Assembly: GCA_016215325.1 (NCBI GenBank)
Contig: JACRJV010000027.1
Span: forward strand, 16,090-80,089
Direction of reading: 5' to 3'
DNA: 64,000 bases
Source of the DNA: Candidatus Uhrbacteria bacterium
Lineage (GTDB): Bacteria; Patescibacteriota; Patescibacteriia; JACRJV01
Part shown: positions 57,281 through 64,000 of the stretch, one piece after another
Position numbering within the stretch: the first letter of the stretch is position 1
Layout of the letters: each line of letters opens with the position of its first letter
Notes under the pieces: model-generated
What the model was told of the DNA's origin: nothing
Databases searched by the model: none
What the model saw: the letters and a program-made list of their open reading frames with translations, nothing else
Made by a program: the position numbers and the translations under genes

Positions 57281-57958
57281 TTAGAAATTAATTTTTATGC
57301 CCGGCCCCATGGTCGAGCTCAAGGTCACGGATTTGATAAACGTCCCTTTTGAGGAAGACGGTTTGAGTTTGGGTAAGACGCTCAAGAGTTCGCGAATATT
57401 TTCGATGAGTTTTAGAGCGTCCCAAGATACTTTTCCTACCGGCACGTGAATATTGCCGGTTGGGTCGTTCTTGATCGTCATTTTCCCCTTTTTAAGTTCT
57501 GCAATTGCAGCGGCGAGGTTGGGCGTAATCGTTTGATTCTTGGGGCTGGGCATGAGTCCTTTGGGCCCGAGTATTTTGGCAACACTGGCGAGCTTGGGCA
57601 TCATGGCGGGGGTTGCGATCGCAACATCAGCGTCGAATTTGCCCGTATTTTTAATTTCGGCAATCAGCTCTTCACCGCCAACAGTATCCGCTCCAGCGGA
57701 TTTTGCCTCTTCTTGTTTTGCCGATTCTGCGAAGACCATGATTTTTTTGGTTTTCCCAGAGCCGTGGGGCAACATTGTGCTCCCGCGCACGTTCTGATCG
57801 GATTTGCCCGTATCAATGCCAAGATTCACATGCACTTCAACGGTGCCGTCAAATCGTGCCGCGGACGTTGACTTGACGAGAGCAACCGCCTCATCAAGAG
57901 GGTAGGTCTTCTTTGCATCGACGGTTGCCTTCTTTTTGGTAAAACGGGTACTTGACAT
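57281..57958 (-). CDS. rplA: 50S ribosomal protein L1
   Basis: LPHGSGK, LGPKGLMPSPK, SSTMGPG. Confidence 0.97.
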   Translation of the reverse strand: MSSTRFTKKKATVDAKKTYPLDEAVALVKSTSAARFDGTVEVHVNLGIDTGKSDQNVRGSTMLPHGSGKTKKIMVFAESAKQEEAKSAGADTVGGEELIAEIKNTGKFDADVAIATPAMMPKLASVAKILGPKGLMPSPKNQTITPNLAAAIAELKKGKMTIKNDPTGNIHVPVGKVSWDALKLIENIRELLSVLPKLKPSSSKGTFIKSVTLSSTMGPGIKINF

Positions 57959-57959
57959 A

Positions 57960-58050
57960 AGGTTCCAGGTTCCAGGTTCCAGGTTCCAGGTTCTCGATCG
58001 CTGAGGTGCGGTGCGATCTGGTCCCTGGGACCTATACCCCTGGCCCCTTC
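57960..58050. repeat. (GGTTCCA)n array followed by degenerate TGGTCCC units
   Basis: GGTTCCA x4 perfect; related element at 59113-59165. Confidence 0.8.
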
Positions 58051-58053
58051 GTG

Positions 58054-58479
58054 TTAATCAACAATCTCCACGCCCATGCTTTTTGCAGACCCCTCCATCA
58101 TGCGGATTGCGCTTTGCAGACGCGTGGTGTTCAAATCAGGGAGTTTGCGTTTGGCGATTTCTTCCAATTGTTTGCGGCTGATTTTACCTATTTTTTCCTT
58201 TTGTGGCTTGCCAGAACCTTTTTGGAGATTCATCGCTTTCTTAATAAGTTCCGCCGCCGGGGGTGTCTTTGTGATAAAGTCGTAGCTGCGGTCTTCGAAG
58301 ACGGTGATCACCACCGGCAATACATCGCCGATTTGTCCTTTGGTTTTGTCATTAAACTTTTTGCAAAATTCCGCAATATTCAAACCATGTTGCCCCAACG
58401 CCGGACCAATGGGGGGCGCGGGGTTGGCTTGTCCCGCCGGGATTTGGAGTTTGATGGTTGTCTTCACTTTTTTGGCCAT
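58054..58479 (-). CDS. rplK: 50S ribosomal protein L11
   Basis: [26 protein letters not shown]. Confidence 0.97.
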   Translation of the reverse strand: MAKKVKTTIKLQIPAGQANPAPPIGPALGQHGLNIAEFCKKFNDKTKGQIGDVLPVVITVFEDRSYDFITKTPPAAELIKKAMNLQKGSGKPQKEKIGKISRKQLEEIAKRKLPDLNTTRLQSAIRMMEGSAKSMGVEIVD

Positions 58480-58484
58480 ACGTT

Positions 58485-58555
58485 CAGTGAACAGTGAACA
58501 GTGAACAGTGAACAATCGTGATTGTGCTTCTTGTTCACTGTTTCTTGTTTACTGA
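58485..58555. repeat. (CAGTGAA)n inverted heptamer array
   Basis: CAGTGAA x4 then TTGTTCACTG..TTGTTTACTG; related CAGTAAG array at 56562-56630. Confidence 0.85.
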
Positions 58556-59101
58556 TTACAACTTCTTTATTTGTAAAAAGTCGAGTTCAACGGGGGTTTC
58601 ACGGTCAAACATCGATACCATGATTTTGACTTTGCCGCGGGTGTGGTCTACTTCGGCGACTTTGCCTTCAAAGTTCTTCATCGGACCGTCTACAATTTTT
58701 ACGCGGGATCCGACTGCAACATCGATATCATACTTTGGTTCTTCGACGCCCATGCGTTTTTGGAGTCCTCGGACTTCTTCATCGGATATCGGGATCGGTG
58801 TTGTCCCCGCGCCAATAAATCCGGTGACATTGGGCGTATTGCGCACCACATACCACGAGTCATCTGTGACGATCATCTCCACTAACACATAGCCAGGGAA
58901 AATCTTTTCTTCTACCACCTTGCGTTTCCCATTCTTGATTTTGATTCGTTTTTCTTTTGGCACGAGCACATGGAAAATCTTATCTTCCATGTCCATGGAT
59001 TCGATACGCTGTTTTAAATTGCGTTCCACGTTCTCCTCATACCCCGAATAGGTATGGAGCACGTACCAGCGTCGTCCTTGAGATAATGTTTGCTTAGGCA
59101 C
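58556..59101 (-). CDS. nusG: transcription factor NusG
   Basis: WYVLHTYSGYE, FPGYVLVEM, VRNTPNVTGF, KOW motif. Confidence 0.97.
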   Translation of the reverse strand: MPKQTLSQGRRWYVLHTYSGYEENVERNLKQRIESMDMEDKIFHVLVPKEKRIKIKNGKRKVVEEKIFPGYVLVEMIVTDDSWYVVRNTPNVTGFIGAGTTPIPISDEEVRGLQKRMGVEEPKYDIDVAVGSRVKIVDGPMKNFEGKVAEVDHTRGKVKIMVSMFDRETPVELDFLQIKKL

Positions 59102-59163
59102 AAGATGCTCGGTGTCAGGTTATAGGTTCCAGGTCGCGGACCGTGCGCTCTGGTCCCTGGTCC

Positions 59164-59367
59164 CTATCGTAACGATAGTAGATACTCCAATCCTTTATTG
59201 AGTCCAAAATCGAACAATGCCAACACTAATCCAATTCCACCGCTGGCGCCAATGACCAAAAGAGTGAGTCGCGTGGCCTCCTTGCGTGTTGGCCATACAA
59301 TATGAGAGAGCTCTGAACGAGCGCCCTTGAAATATTGTACGAACGGGTTCAATTTTGCTTCAGCCAT
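59164..59367 (-). CDS. secE: preprotein translocase SecE
   Basis: ELSHIVWPTRKE + TM; upstream of nusG. Confidence 0.92.
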   Translation of the reverse strand: MAEAKLNPFVQYFKGARSELSHIVWPTRKEATRLTLLVIGASGGIGLVLALFDFGLNKGLEYLLSLR

Positions 59368-59461
59368 ATCGCTGGTTTTTAAAATCCCCTCGCTGGGGGA
59401 TCAGGGCAATATACTCAATGATAGCCCTACTATACAGGGTTTGCGGGGCGCAGTCAAGCGT

Positions 59462-59803
59462 TTACATCAACTGGGCAAACGGTTCCATAGTAAAGAGCCG
59501 TTTGACATCATCATCGTTGAGCATGTTCTTGGAGCGGAGGATGTTCACCAGGGATCGAAGTTTCGTGTCTTCTTTGCGCATGAGCACGACAAGGTCTCCA
59601 CGGAGATCGCCGAGTTTCTCGTCCAGGTAGTCTTTGGTGACCATGGTGGCCTCTATTTTATTTAACCGCTGATGAACCTCTCTGAATTGCCCGTCTATTT
59701 TCTTGAATTGTTGATTTGCAGATTCAAATTGAGGATTAACGTTATCCTCAATGACTTTGGCAACTTCTTGGCCGATGAGTTTGAGATCGTTGGAGTCGAG
59801 CAT
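59462..59803 (-). CDS. coiled-coil hypothetical protein, paralog of 7857
   Basis: MLDSNDL...MVTKDYLDEK. Confidence 0.75.
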   Translation of the reverse strand: MLDSNDLKLIGQEVAKVIEDNVNPQFESANQQFKKIDGQFREVHQRLNKIEATMVTKDYLDEKLGDLRGDLVVLMRKEDTKLRSLVNILRSKNMLNDDDVKRLFTMEPFAQLM

Positions 59804-59958
59804 AAAATGACTGGGGAGGTTCAATACAATAAGGATAGCACGGGAGGAACGAGCGGGCAAACACGAGCGGGCAAACTTTTTGACCGTCTGCCCAGTTGCT
59901 GTACAATAGTTCTTGACCAGTGGGTTGTTTTTGGGAACTCAGTAGCGTATTAAAATAT

Positions 59959-61728
59959 ATGGAAAAATCCGCAACAGACCAGTGGATGCCCGGGCCTGAA
60001 GACCCTGGAGTGCTCCAGAAGACAGCCATTTCGGAGCGCGGGCGTGAACAGCTCATCGCGGGGCTTAAAGAGGTGGCCCGCGGTTTGCGCTTGTTTGAAC
60101 GAGCGCGCGAGCAAGCAGAGCCCCTCCCACAGGACGATACTCCTACTGAACTTTCACCCCTGTCGGCCGTTGCCATCGCCCAGGCCGAAGCGGGATTGTT
60201 TGCGCAGGCTCTGAAGACACATCCCCCGTCAGTATCACCGTCAGAATCATGCTGGGATCTGGTAACCCCCCGCATTGCCAAGATCATGGCTGAATATGGG
60301 TTTGGCGGGTGGGCTCTCCCACTAATTGAGAAGATGGCACCTGCCGTCAAAGGGACCGAAGCAGAGAGCAATCGGTTATTGAACGTATTGCGGGTAATCG
60401 CCGACGCGCAACAACAGGCGGGTGAATCGACAGAACGGACGAGAACCCTTATGGTTCAGATTATCAAGGATGGCCGTGAGTCCTTCATGTCCCATTTAAA
60501 TCGTGTAGAGTGGTGCCTCCAGTATGGTTTGGCGGAGGAAGCGGGTCAATTTCTGGATGAAATTAAGGATCCAACCGAGCGAGAGTCTTTTTCTGTTCGT
60601 ATTGCGCTGGCCCAGTATGTTCGTAAACCTGGTAGTGGGGCGCTCAAGACGCTCATTGCAGCCATGAAACGCTCCAGTAATGCAATTGTTATTCGGGAGG
60701 CATTACATCAATTCGCAGAGGTGGGGGATACGTCAGCGATCCAAACCATTGAGAGTGCGCTCCTATATTCTGGATGGCTTACTTGGATAATAGGGGTCAG
60801 CGACACGAATATCGGGGTAAACGATGAGGATATTAACGCGGCGAGAGCGATCGCCGAAATGTATCGAGGTAATCGCAGTAAGGCCGATGACGCGCTCGGA
60901 TTGATTACCAACCCCGTTTATCAGCGGGATGTCCTACTAAAGATGGCGCGGATCGAACTCGCTAAAGGAGATATTGATGCTGCCAGCCAACGAATCCCAA
61001 CGATAGAAAAGCTCTCCCCCCTGGCTTACGAGGAGATTAAACAGTTGGAAATTGGTTGTGTCGCGAAGGCGATTGAGATAAAGCAGTTCGTTGTGGCGAA
61101 ATTATTACTGAACAAAGTTCATGACCCGTCGGCGCGGAGTACATTGCTACAACAATACGCTATTGCGTTTGGACAAAGCGGTGGAGAGATTGAAAATGAA
61201 CTCCAGCAATTGCGAGAACAAAGATGGCAGACCCTTGAAAGCAACAGAATAGATGTTTTAAATGTCTATTTAGCCATCGGTAGATTTAAGGATGCGGAAA
61301 CACTCATCGGTGCGTTGCTGCGTTTTAGGATGAATAAGGAAGACTATACTCATCGATTAGCGCTCGCATTTTTAGCGCATGATCAATTAGAGAGTGCAAC
61401 GCGGTTGCTCACCAAAATCCGTTCTTCGAAGTATCGAGACGCGGTGCTCGAAGGCATCGCGGAATTCCATGCCGAACACGGCGTAGAAATGGATATTTCT
61501 ACAGTGGTCGATGCGATGAGCGCTCCGGAAGCGAAATGCCGCGCATTGGCAAATGCCGGGAAAATTTTTGTGCACAAAGGGCTGGCGCCCGAGGAAATCT
61601 ACGAAATGACGATCGCTCAAGCCAAAGCCGTGGTGTTGGGGGGCGACACTGAGGCGATTGGGGCGCTCAAAATTCTCCGCCCTGATATTATCGAGAGATT
61701 AGAAAAGTCCCCGGATATCAAGAAATAA
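59959..61728 (+). CDS. alpha-solenoid (TPR-like) repeat protein
   Basis: Repeated A..L...I.DP..R..L..IA helical units. Confidence 0.7.
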   Translation: MEKSATDQWMPGPEDPGVLQKTAISERGREQLIAGLKEVARGLRLFERAREQAEPLPQDDTPTELSPLSAVAIAQAEAGLFAQALKTHPPSVSPSESCWDLVTPRIAKIMAEYGFGGWALPLIEKMAPAVKGTEAESNRLLNVLRVIADAQQQAGESTERTRTLMVQIIKDGRESFMSHLNRVEWCLQYGLAEEAGQFLDEIKDPTERESFSVRIALAQYVRKPGSGALKTLIAAMKRSSNAIVIREALHQFAEVGDTSAIQTIESALLYSGWLTWIIGVSDTNIGVNDEDINAARAIAEMYRGNRSKADDALGLITNPVYQRDVLLKMARIELAKGDIDAASQRIPTIEKLSPLAYEEIKQLEIGCVAKAIEIKQFVVAKLLLNKVHDPSARSTLLQQYAIAFGQSGGEIENELQQLREQRWQTLESNRIDVLNVYLAIGRFKDAETLIGALLRFRMNKEDYTHRLALAFLAHDQLESATRLLTKIRSSKYRDAVLEGIAEFHAEHGVEMDISTVVDAMSAPEAKCRALANAGKIFVHKGLAPEEIYEMTIAQAKAVVLGGDTEAIGALKILRPDIIERLEKSPDIKK

Positions 61729-61761
61729 CCAAGGATCGTAAATAAGGTTCCAGGAACCTTA

Positions 61762-64000
61762 TTAAATATCCAAATTCTTGACGGTCTTGGCATGCACTTG
61801 GATAAAGTGTTTTCTGGGGGCCACTTCGGCGCCCATTAAGATGTCGAACATTTCGTCCGCTTTCTCGGCATCTTCTACCGTAACAGAGCGCATCATGCGG
61901 TGTTCGGGGTCCATGGTCGTGGTCCAGAGTTGTTCGGGGTTCATTTCCCCCAACCCTTTATATCGTTGGATCGTGATACCCCCAACGGTGGTGGTGGCGC
62001 CTTCCTCCGATCCCCCAGATTCAATTGTTTTTTCTTGTGGCGGTTGGGCTTTCTGCTTGATTGCGGTCTGGAGCTCTTGGAGTAATTTCAATTTTTCTTC
62101 TTCCGAATACGCGTATCGGATCTCTTTGCCGCGAGCGAGGCGATAGAGCGGGGGATGAGCAATGTAGAGGTATCCATCCGTAATGATTTTAGCAAAATGT
62201 CGCCAGAACAAGGTGAGTAACAATGTCCGAATGTGCGCGCCATCCACATCGGCATCGGTCATGATGATAATGCGGTGGTACCGCAGTTGTGTGATATCAA
62301 ATTGCTCTCCGAAGTTGGTGCCCATGGCAATGATAAGATTTTTAATTTCGTTATTGGCAAGAATCTTATCGATGCGCGCGCGCTCCACATTGAGAATTTT
62401 CCCCCGCAGAGGCAGCACCGCTTGGAAGTAGCGATTGCGCCCTTGCTTGGCACTGTTGTGCACAAAGATTCCGCTTGCAAGAGCAAAGTTGTGGGTGTTG
62501 GGCACCTCAAAATCGTACACATCCATCCGTTGCTGAATTTTTTGGACACGGGCAATTTTATGGTTATAGTTTGCAACGGCTGTCTGGGCGGCATGTGTAT
62601 TGCCATTAAAATACCTCTTTACAAAGGTGTCGAATCGTAGCAGTGTTTTGTCGTTGGTGGTTTTTCGAATCGTGTTATAGGCTGAGACATCAAGGTCGCG
62701 ATGTTTATCGAATACGACTTTCAACTGGGCGATCGTTTTTTTGAAATATGTTGTATTGTAAGCATTTTTGCGTTTCATGCGTTCACGCATCATTTTTTTA
62801 AATTCCGGTGTCTGTTTTACTAAACGAGACTTCTCTTTAACGTCCTCGCGGTGCAATGTTTTTGAAACATGATCACGATGCCATTGCAGATGTGCTTCTT
62901 TCGAGAGGCGCACGAGATTGGTAGGATTATTATTTGATTTATCAAAATCTTTATGGTGCCGATGTTCTCCGTCCTGGATTGCGTAAACGTCGTGTTGAAT
63001 ATTCCATTCGTCTGCCCGCATGTGAGTAAAGACCCATCGGTGTTCTTGGGGGTCAAAGAGTAATTCGTAATCTTTAATCGTAATACGTTTTCCGAGTCGT
63101 GATTTTTGTCGTCGCAGCGGCATGAGGGAATCGTAGGGGGTTAAATTTTTAGCCACGATATAGCTCCCATCACGAGTCATAAAACGGTGGTCCGGAGTAC
63201 AGGTGATTTCCTCGCCTGTATCAAGAATGATTTTGATCACCTCCGCTTGTTTTTTCGTCACGCGGGGGTTGCGGATCTCCTCGATGCCAATGGTCCCATC
63301 ATTGCGGACGGTATAGCAAAAGTTTTTCATCCCTTGTTTATCTTCGGCAATGAGTTGGCGGAAGTCCACGGATCGCCCATCGGCCAGTGCAATCTTGGTA
63401 TCACCGGAAAAACATCCACCGGCGCTGTCTCCCTCCACAATGTAGAGTTCGCTTTGCGCTGGGTCTTTGCTGGAGCAATCCGCGAGTTTACCGGGCAACG
63501 TCAGTCCATCGAGCACGCCTTTGCGCAAGACTGTTTCGCGGGCCGCTTTGGCTGCAAGACGGGCTCGGGACGTGAGCAGACACTTCTCTATAATGGCTTC
63601 GGCCGCCTTGGGCTGTTCTTCTAAAAACATCGCGAGCGCTTCTCCAAAGACGGTTTCGACAGCAGTGCGCACCTCGGGGTTGCCCAGCTTGGATTTGGTT
63701 TGCCCTTCAAATTGGGGGTTGGAGAGTTTAACACTGATGACGGCGGTCAAGCCTTCGCGCACATCATCACCCGTTAAATTTTCATCCTTTTCTTTGAGGT
63801 ACCCTTTGCCGCGGGCATAGGAGTTGAGGCTCCGGGTGAGCGCGGTGCGGAACCCCACTACATGACTCCCGCCTTCGGGGTTGTAAATGTTATTGGCAAA
63901 TGCCAAAATATGCTCTTTATATTCATCGGTGTATTGTAATGCGACTTCGACATGCGCTTCCGGAGCTTGTTTTGAAACATAGAACGGCGTCGGCTGCTGC
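61762..64000 (-). CDS. gyrB: DNA gyrase subunit B, 3' part, containing an intein
   Basis: PQFEGQTK, LPGKLADC, EGDSAGG|SAKQGR, PLRGK, MTDADVDG, RYKGLGEM. Confidence 0.96.
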   Translation of the reverse strand, partial: QQPTPFYVSKQAPEAHVEVALQYTDEYKEHILAFANNIYNPEGGSHVVGFRTALTRSLNSYARGKGYLKEKDENLTGDDVREGLTAVISVKLSNPQFEGQTKSKLGNPEVRTAVETVFGEALAMFLEEQPKAAEAIIEKCLLTSRARLAAKAARETVLRKGVLDGLTLPGKLADCSSKDPAQSELYIVEGDSAGGCFSGDTKIALADGRSVDFRQLIAEDKQGMKNFCYTVRNDGTIGIEEIRNPRVTKKQAEVIKIILDTGEEITCTPDHRFMTRDGSYIVAKNLTPYDSLMPLRRQKSRLGKRITIKDYELLFDPQEHRWVFTHMRADEWNIQHDVYAIQDGEHRHHKDFDKSNNNPTNLVRLSKEAHLQWHRDHVSKTLHREDVKEKSRLVKQTPEFKKMMRERMKRKNAYNTTYFKKTIAQLKVVFDKHRDLDVSAYNTIRKTTNDKTLLRFDTFVKRYFNGNTHAAQTAVANYNHKIARVQKIQQRMDVYDFEVPNTHNFALASGIFVHNSAKQGRNRYFQAVLPLRGKILNVERARIDKILANNEIKNLIIAMGTNFGEQFDITQLRYHRIIIMTDADVDGAHIRTLLLTLFWRHFAKIITDGYLYIAHPPLYRLARGKEIRYAYSEEEKLKLLQELQTAIKQKAQPPQEKTIESGGSEEGATTTVGGITIQRYKGLGEMNPEQLWTTTMDPEHRMMRSVTVEDAEKADEMFDILMGAEVAPRKHFIQVHAKTVKNLDI
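62455..63414 (-). mobile_element. intein (320 aa) with HNH homing endonuclease in the GyrB TOPRIM domain
   Basis: Starts CFSGDT, block B TPDHRF, HHKDFDKSNNNPTNL HNH, ends VYDFEV..HNFAL..FVHN before Ser. Confidence 0.95.

Noticed and set aside
59368-59461. tRNA-Trp often found upstream of secE
   Set aside because: No cloverleaf visible; only a short CCCCTCGCTGGGG hairpin
1-64000. Alternative genetic code (TGA recoding)
   Set aside because: Conserved genes are full length under code 11 and several (elp3, manB, murI, dnaE) end at TGA

Overview
Bacterial chromosomal window with a gene content and style typical of a CPR/Patescibacteria genome; this lineage call is an inference from LeuRS domain insertion, baseplate-J-like, TrmB and CapA genes, a large Ig/PKD surface protein and core genes without SD sites. 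Core genes: glyA (partial), elp3 head-to-head with a Trm9-like methyltransferase, manB-murI-uppP, two GAF-ANTAR regulators, trpS, dksA-like, lspA, comM/yifB, M23 peptidase, leuS (internal alpha/beta-hydrolase), femAB-like, prfA, rpmE, tRNA-Pro, rpmB, rpsL-rpsG-fusA, xseAB, dnaE, thrS, MgtE/CBS plus NRAMP-like transporter, gatB, dcd-dut-thyX-tmk, rplA-rplK-nusG-secE and gyrB with an HNH intein. An accessory region at about 20.4-29.8 kb is built from promoter/SD/GC-rich small ORF/long hairpin modules. It holds four degenerate receiver-like genes, two leader-peptide attenuator-like elements (VVVV and KKKKR), small Zn-finger ORFs and two tandem non-canonical tRNA-like RNAs that both read AAC (Val). 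The whole window is also colonised by inverted heptamer arrays and short GC palindromes that nest in each other and insert in frame into essential proteins. All calls are by eye; no database search was run.
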